Notes under the pieces: generated by a model
What the model was told of the DNA's origin: nothing
Databases searched by the model: none
The model's input: only the letters and a program-made list of their open reading frames with translations
Program-made: the position numbers and the translations under genes
In this document: positions 21,027 to 30,808 of the stretch, piece after piece
How positions within the stretch are numbered: the first letter of the stretch is position 1
How the letters are laid out: each line of letters begins with the position of its first letter
Source of the DNA: Vulcanimicrobiota bacterium
Lineage (GTDB): Bacteria > Vulcanimicrobiota > Vulcanimicrobiia > Eremiobacterales > Eremiobacteraceae
NCBI GenBank assembly: GCA_963805945.1
Contig: CAWDVP010000006.1
Location: forward strand, 64,001-128,000
Direction: 5' to 3'
Length of the DNA stretch: 64,000 bases

Positions 21027-22133
21027 TCAAGCAAGCGACGCTTGGCCGCAGATGAACATCGCGTCGCCGAACGAGTAGAACCGATAGCCCTCGCGCACCG
21101 CCTGCGCGTACGCGTCGAGCAACCGCTGCGTGCCCGCGAACGCGCATACCAGCATGAGCAGCGTCGAGCGCGGCAGATGGAAGTTGGTGATCATCGCGTC
21201 GACGACGCGGAATTCGAAGCCGGGATAGATGAACAGATCGGTCCAGCGGGATCCCGCTGCGACCCGGCCGTCAGCGCTGTGCAGCGCCGCGTCTTCGAGA
21301 CTGCGCACGCTGGTGGTGCCGACCGCGATGACCCGCCCGCCTGACTTCTTCGTGCGGGCGATCGCCTCGACGGTCTCGGCCGGTATCGAGTAGCGCTCGG
21401 AGTGCATCGGATGCTCGCGGATATCGGCGGCCTTCACCGGGCGAAACGTTCCGGCGCCGACGTCGAGCGTCACCGTCGCCCAGTTCGCGCCTCGCTCGCG
21501 CAACGCGCCGATGAGCTCGGGCGTGAAATGCAGGCCCGCGGTCGGCGCGGCGACGGAGCCCTCATGCGCCGCGTACACCGTCTGGTAGCGCTCGCCCGCG
21601 TCGGGCGGCGGTGTGGTGATGTACGGAGGCAACGGCACCAGACCGTAGCGCTCCATCGCGTCGCCGGCGCTCAGCCCGTGAAAGCGCACGATGCGCGACC
21701 CGAGCGGCGTGTGCGCGGCTATCTCGATGCTGTGCTCCGAGCTCAATGTCAGGCGGTCGCCGACCCGCACGCGTTGGCCAGGGCGGACGAGGGCCTCCCA
21801 CGTTTCTTCGTCTTCTGCCGTCGGATGCAGCAGCAGCACTTCAGCCTTGCCGCCGCCGCGCCGCGAAGGGCGTAGCCGCGCGCGCATCACGCGCGTGTCG
21901 TTGACGACGAACAGATCGCCGGGCCTGACGAGCGACGGAAGATCGGAGAACGTGCGATGCGCGATGGCCGCGCCGTCCATGACGAGCAGCCGCGACTCAT
22001 CCCGCCGCTGGGCCGGCGATTGCGCGATGAACTCTGCCGGCAGCTCATAGTCATAGCGTTCGGTCTCAAAGACAGAACCCTGCGCTTCGGCACTACCGAC
22101 TAAGCTCGCTTCAGACCTGCGTGCCCCGCTCAT
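21027..22133 (-). CDS. queA: S-adenosylmethionine:tRNA ribosyltransferase-isomerase (start uncertain)
   Basis: YDYELP..IAQ, PLPPYI, YQTVYA, SVAAPTAGLHF, TNFHLPRSTL, YRFYSFGDAM. Confidence 0.97.
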   Translation of the reverse strand: MSGARRSEASLVGSAEAQGSVFETERYDYELPAEFIAQSPAQRRDESRLLVMDGAAIAHRTFSDLPSLVRPGDLFVVNDTRVMRARLRPSRRGGGKAEVLLLHPTAEDEETWEALVRPGQRVRVGDRLTLSSEHSIEIAAHTPLGSRIVRFHGLSAGDAMERYGLVPLPPYITTPPPDAGERYQTVYAAHEGSVAAPTAGLHFTPELIGALRERGANWATVTLDVGAGTFRPVKAADIREHPMHSERYSIPAETVEAIARTKKSGGRVIAVGTTSVRSLEDAALHSADGRVAAGSRWTDLFIYPGFEFRVVDAMITNFHLPRSTLLMLVCAFAGTQRLLDAYAQAVREGYRFYSFGDAMFICGQASLA

Positions 22134-22268
22134 GTGCTCTCGTCGTTCAGTGCCACATGATGACATCCATGTTCGCAGTGGGTTAATAGGGAACACTCCA
22201 ACAATAAGCCACCCCTACTGACGCCATGGGGAACGTCCGCTAGAAGTGTAGAACGTCCGCTTCAGAAA

Positions 22269-22430
22269 ATGGGGAAGAAAAAGAAACCAGCCAAAAAACG
22301 AGGTGCGCGAGTACCACAAAAGCGTCGCGGACGTTCAGGGAAAGCGTGGCCTCCGCGTATACCTGGCACCGGCATCTACATGGGTCCAGACGATACGCCG
22401 CTGCTCCCTGGAGCGCCTCAGAACATTTGA
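22269..22430 (+). CDS. Possible 53-aa Lys/Arg-rich peptide (MGKKKKPAKKRG...)
   Basis: Manual translation; no clear RBS. Confidence 0.3.
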   Translation: MGKKKKPAKKRGARVPQKRRGRSGKAWPPRIPGTGIYMGPDDTPLLPGAPQNI

Positions 22431-22515
22431 TGATGTTGGAAACTTCGGACGGTGGCTGCGGCCCGTGTGAGCAGGTATCATTTTAGTGACATATCGCCTC
22501 GTTAGCGCTGCGCGG

Positions 22516-22905
22516 TTAGCGCTCGCGGGCGCCGTTCCGAACCGAGAGCTCCCAGCGATACCCGTCCGGATCGTGAAACCACAGGCCCATATGCGGCGAG
22601 TCCGGCGCTGTGGGGCCGATCTCGTCGCCGGGATCTTCCAGTTCTACGCCGTTTTTCTTCAGCATCTCGAGCGCTTCGTGTAGCGCGCGCATACTGTCGA
22701 GGTAAAACGACATGTGGTCAATCGTGTCCGGATGTGGTGTGCCTTTGAACAACCCGATGATAATTGCGTCGTTCGTCAGCGCGATGGCCTCATCGGACCG
22801 GAACATTTCATGCAGATCGAAGTTCTTGGTCCAAAACTGCGCGCTCTTCTCCGGGTCTCTGACGGCAAGGCTGAAATGCCAGACCGCGCCAAGTTGTACT
22901 TTCAC
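22516..22905 (-). CDS. VOC/glyoxalase-family protein
   Basis: GAGG RBS and GTG start; HFSLAVRDPEKSAQFW, DHMSF, FHDPDGYRWEL. Confidence 0.88.
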   Translation of the reverse strand: MKVQLGAVWHFSLAVRDPEKSAQFWTKNFDLHEMFRSDEAIALTNDAIIIGLFKGTPHPDTIDHMSFYLDSMRALHEALEMLKKNGVELEDPGDEIGPTAPDSPHMGLWFHDPDGYRWELSVRNGARER

Positions 22906-23229
22906 GTCCGTACCTCTTCGTAACGCATGAAGTCGCGGCTTGTACGCGCGGATGATGCGAGCTTTCTGCACATGCGTCAGGCCCCCGTCATTCCACCTCG
23001 ACACGGTAAATCATGCCCCTATAAACTCCCTGCAATCCTTTCAACTAGGCACCGGACGTTTGAAATGGCGCCAGAGGGGGTGGCTGATTCTGACCCCACT
23101 CCTTATTAACCCTCCATGTTCGCCGTGGGATACTGCACAATGCTCCAAAGACTTCCGGCCGTGCCCACAGATCCAATCGAATGGTGAAACGTCCGCTCGT
23201 CTGACCAGCGCGCCGTTACCGTTAACTAT

Positions 23230-24306
23230 CTAGTAGCCGGCGACTGCGACGATCGCGTCCGCAAACGCTTGCGGCGCCTCCTGCGGCACATCGTGACCGA
23301 TGCCGTAGAAGATCTGATGTGAGTACTTGCCGGTGAACTTGCTCCGGTACGCGGCGCCAGGGGCGTTCGCGCCGTCGAAATCGGTCGCAATCGTGATCGT
23401 GGGTTGGCTGATGGGTGGGCCTGCGTAGAGCTTGGTCTCGTAGCTGTCGTATTTCGGATCGCCCGGCGCGAGGCCGATGCGCCAGCGGTAATTATGGATC
23501 ACCATTGCGACATGATCGGGATTCTTGAACGACGCGGCCGTGTTGTCATAGGTCGCATCGGTGAAATGCCATTTTGGTGACTGGAGTGACCAGACGAACT
23601 TATTGAAATCGTAGGTATACTTCGTATAGCCGAGCACCCCGCGCTGCGTCGTGAAATACCACTGATACCAAAATGCGTATTCGGCCGGCGGTGGCGCCGG
23701 CTGCGCGTTCGCTGGCACGTTGGCGATCAAGTAACCGCTTGTGATCACCAATGCCTTCACGCGTTCGGGCCAAAGAATCGCCACGACGGCCGCCGTCCGC
23801 GATCCGATATCAAAGCCGCCGAGGATCGCCTGCTTGATGTTGAGCGCGTTCATCAGGTTGAAGACATCTTCGCCGCAGACCGATTGCTGCGCGGTGCGGA
23901 ATGTGTCGGCGGAAAGGAATGTCGTCGAGCCATAGCCGCGTTGGAACGGAACGATCACGCGATAGCCGGCCTGCGCGAGCAGCGGCGCGACGTCGACATA
24001 CGCGTGGATGTCGAACGGCCAGCCGTGCAACAGGATCACCGGCTGACCATCGGCCGGACCGACTTCTGCGTAGCCGATGTTCAAAACGCCCGCATTGATT
24101 TGCTTCATCGACGCAAACGAAGTGTTCTTGGGAGCCGACGGCGCCAGGTTCATCGCCTGATTTCCTCCGTTACTCGCCGAAGCTGCAGCGACAGCGCCGC
24201 CTGGTTGCGCGCTTGCGGGCTTAAGCATGCCGAGCTCGGCGGCGACGAGCGCCATCGCCGCTGTGCCGAAGAATCCGCGGCGGTTGAGGTTGAGATTCCT
24301 ATTCAT
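23230..24306 (-). CDS. Tat-exported alpha/beta hydrolase (epoxide hydrolase-like)
   Basis: NRRGFF Tat motif; LLHGWP, RGYG, GFDIGS, GHDVPQEAP. Confidence 0.88.
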   Translation of the reverse strand: MNRNLNLNRRGFFGTAAMALVAAELGMLKPASAQPGGAVAAASASNGGNQAMNLAPSAPKNTSFASMKQINAGVLNIGYAEVGPADGQPVILLHGWPFDIHAYVDVAPLLAQAGYRVIVPFQRGYGSTTFLSADTFRTAQQSVCGEDVFNLMNALNIKQAILGGFDIGSRTAAVVAILWPERVKALVITSGYLIANVPANAQPAPPPAEYAFWYQWYFTTQRGVLGYTKYTYDFNKFVWSLQSPKWHFTDATYDNTAASFKNPDHVAMVIHNYRWRIGLAPGDPKYDSYETKLYAGPPISQPTITIATDFDGANAPGAAYRSKFTGKYSHQIFYGIGHDVPQEAPQAFADAIVAVAGY

Positions 24307-24573
24307 CGTGTGCCCCTCCCAGACGGCTAATTGCTCCCTGGCACTTCTGCATAGTGAAATGGCTACTACAAGTGCCTGGTTTTTACGCCGGGAAAGCCAC
24401 TAGCCATTTGATTGCGCAAAATACCTGCTAGGAATTTGGTATCGCTTGCTGACATTGTGGTTCGAGCGAGCGGCGCGCCACAGCGAACATTTGTTTGAAG
24501 GGAGCACCATCCACCGCACATGGCTGCGTAAAACGTCGGAATAAATACTCTGTATCCGAATTGGAGGTCGTCA

Positions 24574-25029
24574 ATGGACAAAGTACAAGTAGAGCAGACG
24601 AGCTATGAGATGCCGCCCCGGGAGGGATTTACCGTCACGCATTTTCTCACCGTCGCCGACATCGAGCGATCGGCTCGATTCTACGAAAAGGTCTTCGGAG
24701 GTCGCATTCAGAGCAGAGGCGACAGCAGCGGCGCGCCAGGGTACATCCAGATCGCGAACACGTGGCTCATCGTCAACACCGGCGGCGGTCCGACACCCGA
24801 CAAACCATCGGTAACGCTCAGCGTCCCCGCCCACCCGGATTCAGTCAGCAGCTTTATGAATATACGCGTTGCGGATATTCAAGCGTGCTATGAACTATGG
24901 CGAAATCGGGGCGCCGAGTTCATCACAGAGCCAAAGGACAAGTATGGCGAGACGCGCTGCTACATCCGCGATCCTGACGGTTATATCATAGAGGTTGGGC
25001 AAAGCAAGCCGGGCATCGCTTACGGTTAA
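24574..25029 (+). CDS. VOC/glyoxalase-family protein
   Basis: GGAGG RBS; LTVADIERSARFY, YIRDPDGYIIEV. Confidence 0.88.
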   Translation: MDKVQVEQTSYEMPPREGFTVTHFLTVADIERSARFYEKVFGGRIQSRGDSSGAPGYIQIANTWLIVNTGGGPTPDKPSVTLSVPAHPDSVSSFMNIRVADIQACYELWRNRGAEFITEPKDKYGETRCYIRDPDGYIIEVGQSKPGIAYG

Positions 25030-25060
25030 CGCTCGACCCAGATGGAATGCACGACGAAAA

Positions 25061-25092
25061 CGCGGTCCCCCGCCCGTCGGGGGGGACCGCGG
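25061..25092. terminator. GC-rich hairpin between convergent genes
   Basis: CGCGGTCCCCC...GGGGGACCGCG. Confidence 0.6.
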
Positions 25093-25130
25093 TGATCAGA
25101 GGGCTTTGCAGGACCGATTGACGTCACTCA

Positions 25131-26498
25131 TCATGCGTCCCCTTTTTGGAACGATCGGAAGCTCGCGCGAACGTCCTCGCAAAAGAGTTGCGGCTGTTCC
25201 CAGGCGGCAAAGTGGCCGCCGACGTCGTGCCTCTTGTAATGAACGAGCTTTGGATACGCTTTTTCAGACCAGCTGCGCGGCGCCTGGTAGAGCTCGTATC
25301 GGAACGCGCTCACGCCCACCGGTGTGGTAACGCCCTTGATGTCGAAGAAATCCAGTTTATTTTCCCAGTAGAGGCGAGCCGACGGGATCCCCGAGTTCGC
25401 CAGCCAGTAGAGAGTGACGTTGTCTAGGACATCGTCGCGCGACAAGCCGCCCGGGTGCCCGAAAAACGCGGGCGCAATCATCTCGTAACTGTCCTTGTCG
25501 TGGTCGAGCATCCAAGTCGCTAAGGCGATCGGCGAATCGCTGAGCCCGTAGAGCGTTTGCGGGCGGTTGCTCATTTCGACCGCGTAGCCGAGATGCTTTG
25601 CATAGAAATCGCTCAACTGCTCGAATGCCTGCAGTTCGTCGCCCGAAAGCGCCACAGGTGGCTTGGCGCCTGATTTCGCTGCAGCCAAGATGCCTGCCGG
25701 CACGGTGCCCGGCATGTTCGTGTGGATCGCGATCACCTTCGTCGGCGCAAGCAGCGCTAGCTCTTGCGTGACGTTAGCGCCCCAGTCACCACCCTGCGCG
25801 ACAAGCGATCATAACCAAGCCGCTCCATCAGCACGACCCAGGCCTTTGTGATGCGCACGGGATCCCAGCCCAACACTGTGGGTTCCGGCGAGAATCCGTG
25901 TCCGGGCATCGACGGGATCACGATGTGAAACGCGTCACTCGCGCTCGCGCCGTGCGCCGTGGGATTGGTCAGCGGCTCAATGATCTTGAGCTGCTCGATG
26001 ATGGATCCCGGCCAGCCGTGCGTCACGAGGAGCGGCAAGGCGTTGTCGTTTTTCGCGCGCACGTGAATGAATTGGATATACTTGACTGTCGATCTCGGTC
26101 ACGAACTGCGGTATTGCGTTGAGCTTCGCTTCGCACTTGCGCCAGTCATAGTCAGTCCCCCAATAGTGCGCGAGGGCCTGCGTCATCGCCAACTGCACGC
26201 CTTGCGTCTGGTCATTGACCAATTCGCGCGTGGGCCACCTCGTCGCGTTGATGCGACGGCGAAGATCGACGATTTGGTCTTCGGGAGCGGTGTAGTGAAA
26301 CGGGCGGATCGCGGTCGAAGCGCTGCCCGTCGCTTGCTGAACTTGTGCCACGGATGTATTCCTTTCTGAAGAATTCTCTGGCGCCTTGTTCGACTGCGCG
26401 CAGCCATACATGGCGAGCTGTGCGCCCGCAACGGTCATGGCGGCGGTGCTAACAAAACGGCGCCGATCGAGGGTAAACTCTGGGAGGCGACGTTTCAT
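25131..26498 (-). pseudogene. Tat-signal EHN-type epoxide hydrolase with two frameshifts (~26080, ~25803); pseudogene or sequencing errors
   Basis: RRRFV; IRPF..DLRRRI..TRWP; THGWPGS; restored AQGGDWG; GGHFAAWEQP. Confidence 0.8.
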
Positions 26499-26753
26499 AT
26501 TGTCATCCCAAGCCGCGGGCACAACCGCTGGCTATCGGCTTTCGATGTGCAAATACGGGAATTTCGTAGCGAGCATGGTTGCCTGTTCCGCACATCCATC
26601 CTGCTAGGTATCTATGGTTGACGCTTGCGCGCGCGTCAACGAACACGCGTACGAAACCGTCCCAAGAGGGAAGCTGTTGACTTCACGTTCGGCTGAATCG
26701 GCTGAGGTGCCGGCTGAGACGCCCTCGCTTGCCGCGTTTGTGGAGAGCTGTCG

Positions 26754-27455
26754 TCAGCGGTTCTTCACGTTCACTTGATAGACCGATTGGATATCGTTGT
26801 AGTCGGCGACCGTGAGGAATCGCTCCCCGGCGCGGCCGTCGAGGCTGATGCCCCGCGATGGCGGCGGCGGCGTGCTCGACTGCTGGAACGGGTCGCGCAC
26901 GACCGCCGCATAGAAGCTCAAAGGTCTCGAGAAGATATCCGCGTGGTAATAGATCGTGGTCAAGATCATCGCGTTGTGCGAGCTGATCACGAGCAGCGGC
27001 GTCTCATCGTTGAGCAGCGCGACCAGCGACTTGAGCGCTCCGCGCGAGCCGCCGATCGGCGCCGAGAACAGGGCGGTGCCGGTCGTGTCGGTCACTGAAT
27101 GGTCGGCGTTGGCATACGTGTGGTTCAGGTACGTCGCGATCTGCGCTTGAGTCAGCGTGTCCGGCACGCTCGGGCCGAAGAGCGCCTTAAGGATGTCGGC
27201 TTGCGAGATGTCGCCCCCGTAAAACGCGATCATCATCGCCATAGACGATGCCCAACAGCCGGTTTGGGTCTGCGCGCGCTGGAACGCGAGGTCCATTGGA
27301 CGCGTCTCCACTTGCACGCCGCAGACGTACCCGCCGCCCACGCCGTAGACTTCCTTGCACGGTAGAGTGCCGGCGTCCGCAGGACGGCCGTGAGCGGAGA
27401 GCACGGCCGCACAGACGCCGGCGAACACCGCGAAAAGCATGACCCAACGCCGCAT
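26754..27455 (-). CDS. Secreted papain-like/C39-like cysteine peptidase
   Basis: Signal peptide; QTQTGCWASS, SHNAM, VRDP candidate triad. Confidence 0.6.
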   Translation of the reverse strand: MRRWVMLFAVFAGVCAAVLSAHGRPADAGTLPCKEVYGVGGGYVCGVQVETRPMDLAFQRAQTQTGCWASSMAMMIAFYGGDISQADILKALFGPSVPDTLTQAQIATYLNHTYANADHSVTDTTGTALFSAPIGGSRGALKSLVALLNDETPLLVISSHNAMILTTIYYHADIFSRPLSFYAAVVRDPFQQSSTPPPPSRGISLDGRAGERFLTVADYNDIQSVYQVNVKNR

Positions 27456-27468
27456 CGCACTGTCCTCC

Positions 27469-28617
27469 TTATATCTTCGAGAGCATCGCCCCGCGATAGT
27501 AGAACGAGAGGATCGCGTTGATGCCCAGACCTTGGTCGGCCATATCCTTGGCGCCCCACTGGCTCATCCCCACCCCATGCCCGAAACCCGAGCCTTTCAC
27601 CACGATCGCGTCGCCCTCCAGCGCCAAAGATGCGATGCGCGTGCTCTTCACCAGATGCCGGCCCGCAAGGCGGCGGAACAGGGGTCCGGAGATGCTGCGC
27701 GTCCCGGTGCTGCCGGCGACCGTGACGCTGAGAAGCCTCCCCGACGAGTCAGCTGCGCCTGGAGTCACAGCCGTGATGGTCCCAATGTCGGCGACCTGTT
27801 CCGAAAACGCCTGCGCGAAGCTCGCGAGCGGCACGTCCGCCGACCACGAGAGATGCGGTGATTCGCCCGCGTATGGGTCGGGCGTCGCCTGCAAATACGG
27901 CTGCGGATCACCGAGATTCGCTCCATCCGCGGTGTAGCCGCCGTCGCACGACGAGTAGTACGCTTTGATCACATGATAGCGGTAGACGAGCACGACGCCG
28001 CGGGTGGATTCGACCGCGTCATCACCGGCCTGGTTCTCGTCGTTGACGCCGCCGTACGCCTGGTCTTGCTCGCCGGCCTTCACGTCGTAGCCCGGGTATT
28101 CGTGCAGCGCCGCGCGCGCGAGCGCATAGCTGCGCGAGGCGATCGCCTGCGCTTGGAGCGCGACCTCCGGCCACCCGGCACCCATCTCCGCGCCGACGAC
28201 GCCGTACAGGTATTGCTCCAGCTCGAGCTCGTCGATCACCTCGAGCGTGCCATCATCGTCGCGCACCACCCAGATCGCGCCGCGGTAGGTGCGGCCGTCC
28301 ACCACGATCGGCGCTTGTTGAAGCGGCGCCACCCAGATGCGCGCGCCGGTCGTCACCGCGCCGGCGAGGAGCACCCCGCCCGCTTGCGGGCGCACGTCGA
28401 TGACGGTGGTGATCTCGGGCTGGAACAGCGGGTCCCCGACGCTCCCGTTGACGCCGCGCACCACCAAACCGCCCTCGGAAGCGATGACCGTCTGCAATTG
28501 ATGCGACGCGAGCTGGACGCGGATGGTCTGCGCCCGCACCGGCGCAGCCGCCATCGCGACGATGATAAGCGCCAGGACCACAGCACGGTCGAATAAATTC
28601 GACCGCTCTATTATCAT
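27469..28617 (-). CDS. SpoIID/LytB-domain protein
   Basis: [48 protein letters not shown]. Confidence 0.93.
   Translation of the reverse strand: MIIERSNLFDRAVVLALIIVAMAAAPVRAQTIRVQLASHQLQTVIASEGGLVVRGVNGSVGDPLFQPEITTVIDVRPQAGGVLLAGAVTTGARIWVAPLQQAPIVVDGRTYRGAIWVVRDDDGTLEVIDELELEQYLYGVVGAEMGAGWPEVALQAQAIASRSYALARAALHEYPGYDVKAGEQDQAYGGVNDENQAGDDAVESTRGVVLVYRYHVIKAYYSSCDGGYTADGANLGDPQPYLQATPDPYAGESPHLSWSADVPLASFAQAFSEQVADIGTITAVTPGAADSSGRLLSVTVAGSTGTRSISGPLFRRLAGRHLVKSTRIASLALEGDAIVVKGSGFGHGVGMSQWGAKDMADQGLGINAILSFYYRGAMLSKI
28586..28611 (-). repeat. REP-like family A in the N-terminus of the SpoIID/LytB gene (IERSNLFDR)
   Basis: ATAG-AGCGGTCGAA-ttta-TTCGACCG on minus strand. Confidence 0.85.
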
Positions 28618-29675
28618 AGCAGCCGTGGCTGGTCGCTCCCCGCCAAGCCGAGATGCGCTTTGGCCTTGGCCGTCGCGCGCCGCCCGCCAGCCGTGCGCTG
28701 CAAGAAGCCGATCTGGATGAGGAACGGCTCCACCACGTCGGTGAGCGTGCCTTCTTCTTCATTGACGCTCGCCGCAAGCGCTGCGATGCCCACCGGCCCG
28801 CCGCCGTACTGCACGATGAGCGCGCGCAGGAAATTGCGGTCGAGCGGATCGAGACCGAGCAGGTCGATGCCCTCGAGCGACAGCGCGGCCTGCGCGACCT
28901 CGCGATCGATGACGCCGTGCGCTTTCACCTCGGCGAAATCGCGCACGCGCCGCAGCAGCCGGTTCGCGATGCGCGGCGTGCCGCGCGCGCGGCCGGCGAT
29001 CTCCGCCGCGCCGTCGCCTTCGATGGTGACCCCGAGCACCGTCGCGGAATGCTCGACGATGCGCTGCAGGTCCTCAGCGGTGTAGTAATCGAGGTGATGC
29101 ACGATGCCGAAACGCTCGCGCAGCGGCGCGGTCATGAGGCCCGCGCGCGTCGTCGCGCCGACGAGCGTGAACTGCTTGAGGTTGATCTTGATCGTCTTGG
29201 CGTACGCGCCGCGGTCGACCATGAAGTCGATCGCGAAATCCTCCATCGCCGGGTAGAGGAACTCCTCGACGACGTGGCTGAGCCGGTGGATCTCGTCGAC
29301 GAACAGCACGTCGCCGCGTCCGAGATTGGTGAGGATGCCGACGAGGTCGCCGGGCCGTTCGAGCGTGGGGCCGGAGACCTGATGGAAGTTCGCGCCCATG
29401 TCGCGCGCGACGATGTTGGCAAGCGTCGTCTTGCCGAGGCCGGGCGGCCCGTGCAGCAGCACGTGATCGAGCGGCTCGGCGCGGCCTTTCGCCGCGGCGA
29501 TCGATATCTTGAGATTCTCGACGATCGTCTGCTGGCCGACGTAATGGTCGAAGCCCGTCGGCCGCAAGGTGACGGTGATGATCTGGTCTTCGACGCTCTC
29601 CGACGGCGCGACGAGCGGCTGGCGCTCGGGCATTGCGTCGCCGTCGCCAGTTGCGACCGGCCGCCGGGGGCTCAT
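28614..29675 (-). CDS. ruvB: Holliday junction helicase RuvB
   Basis: [38 protein letters not shown]. Confidence 0.98.
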   Translation of the reverse strand: MSPRRPVATGDGDAMPERQPLVAPSESVEDQIITVTLRPTGFDHYVGQQTIVENLKISIAAAKGRAEPLDHVLLHGPPGLGKTTLANIVARDMGANFHQVSGPTLERPGDLVGILTNLGRGDVLFVDEIHRLSHVVEEFLYPAMEDFAIDFMVDRGAYAKTIKINLKQFTLVGATTRAGLMTAPLRERFGIVHHLDYYTAEDLQRIVEHSATVLGVTIEGDGAAEIAGRARGTPRIANRLLRRVRDFAEVKAHGVIDREVAQAALSLEGIDLLGLDPLDRNFLRALIVQYGGGPVGIAALAASVNEEEGTLTDVVEPFLIQIGFLQRTAGGRRATAKAKAHLGLAGSDQPRLL

Positions 29676-30319
29676 CGGCGCTCGCCCTTGCGCTCGTCAG
29701 CGCCGCTACGCTGACGGCGGTACACTTCGGTCAAGAGATCCTCCGCGCTGGCGACGGCTCCGTTGGCCGCTAGCGCCTCCTTGATCATGCGATCGGCCTC
29801 GCCGCGCTTGTACTGGAGCTGCAGCAGCACCTCGGTGGCTTCGGCGACGAAGTCGGGCTGCGCTGCCGCCTGGCCTTCTTCTCCTTGGATCAGCCCGAAG
29901 CGCGCCACTTTGCCCTGCAGCTTGGCGATGATGTCTTTGGCTTTCTGGTCGCCGATACCCGGCAGGCGGCGCAGCGCGTTGCGGTCGCCGTCGTCGATGT
30001 AGCGCGCGATCTCCGCCATCGGCCGCGCGAACGCGCGCACCGCCGTCTTCGGCCCGACGCTCGACACGGTGAGCAGCGCTTCGAAGAACTCGCGCTCGAC
30101 GCTGTTGGTGAAGCCGATGTACGCCGCGGTGCCGCGGTTGCCGTCGATCTGCAGATACGAGAAGATCTCCAAACGCACCGGCTGGCCGAGCGGATGGGAA
30201 GCCAGCTTGTCCATGACGCAGCCGGGCAGCATGATGTCGTAGGAGATACCGCCCGCATCCACCAGCACCGACTGCTCGTGCCGCTCGCGCAGCGCGCCCT
30301 CGATCCGGGAGAACATCAC
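29672..30319 (-). CDS. ruvA: Holliday junction protein RuvA
   Basis: [24 protein letters not shown]; between ruvC and ruvB. Confidence 0.93.
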   Translation of the reverse strand: MMFSRIEGALRERHEQSVLVDAGGISYDIMLPGCVMDKLASHPLGQPVRLEIFSYLQIDGNRGTAAYIGFTNSVEREFFEALLTVSSVGPKTAVRAFARPMAEIARYIDDGDRNALRRLPGIGDQKAKDIIAKLQGKVARFGLIQGEEGQAAAQPDFVAEATEVLLQLQYKRGEADRMIKEALAANGAVASAEDLLTEVYRRQRSGADERKGERR

Positions 30320-30801
30320 GAAGCGCGCCGGCCGTTGCGGTTGGCGCAGGCGATCGCCAACGCCAGCGCGTCGGTGACGTCGGCGGGTTTGGGCGGACTT
30401 GCCAGACTGAGAAGCTGCGCGACCATCCTGCCGACCTGTTCTTTCGAGGCGGCCCCATTTCCGGCGATGGCGCGCTTGATGCTCGTCGCGGAAAAGGAAT
30501 AGACGTGCACGTGGGCTTGGGCGACCGCTGCCAGCAACGCGCCGCGCGCGTGCGCCATCATGATCGTCGTCTTCGGGTTCACCGCGCGGGCGAAGACCTC
30601 TTCGATGGCGACCGCATCCGGCTGGGTGGCCTTGATGATGGCGGTGATGCTCGCGCTGATGTCGCCGAGCCGCGCGGTGAACGTGTCGCTGACGTCGGTG
30701 GCTATGACCCCCGCCTCGACGAGCCGCATGCTCGCGCTGCGGATCTCGATGACCCCGTAACCGGTCGAGCGCACGCTCGGGTCGATGCCTAACACCCGCA
30801 T
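30316..30801 (-). CDS. ruvC: Crossover junction endonuclease RuvC
   Basis: VLGIDP, TGYGVI, AIEEVF, GNGAASKEQV, DALALA. Confidence 0.96.
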   Translation of the reverse strand: MRVLGIDPSVRSTGYGVIEIRSASMRLVEAGVIATDVSDTFTARLGDISASITAIIKATQPDAVAIEEVFARAVNPKTTIMMAHARGALLAAVAQAHVHVYSFSATSIKRAIAGNGAASKEQVGRMVAQLLSLASPPKPADVTDALALAIACANRNGRRAS

Positions 30802-30808
30802 GGCGGCA

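Noticed and set aside
22078..22097. Additional family B copy at the queA N-terminus (GTAGTGCCGAAGCGCAG)
   Set aside because: Second arm is missing; too degenerate to count
22490..25040. Integron cassettes (GTTAGCG and GGTTAAC near VOC gene ends)
   Set aside because: No paired RYYYAAC...GTTRRRY attC hairpins seen, genes are in mixed orientation, and the recombinase lacks an evident IntI insertion
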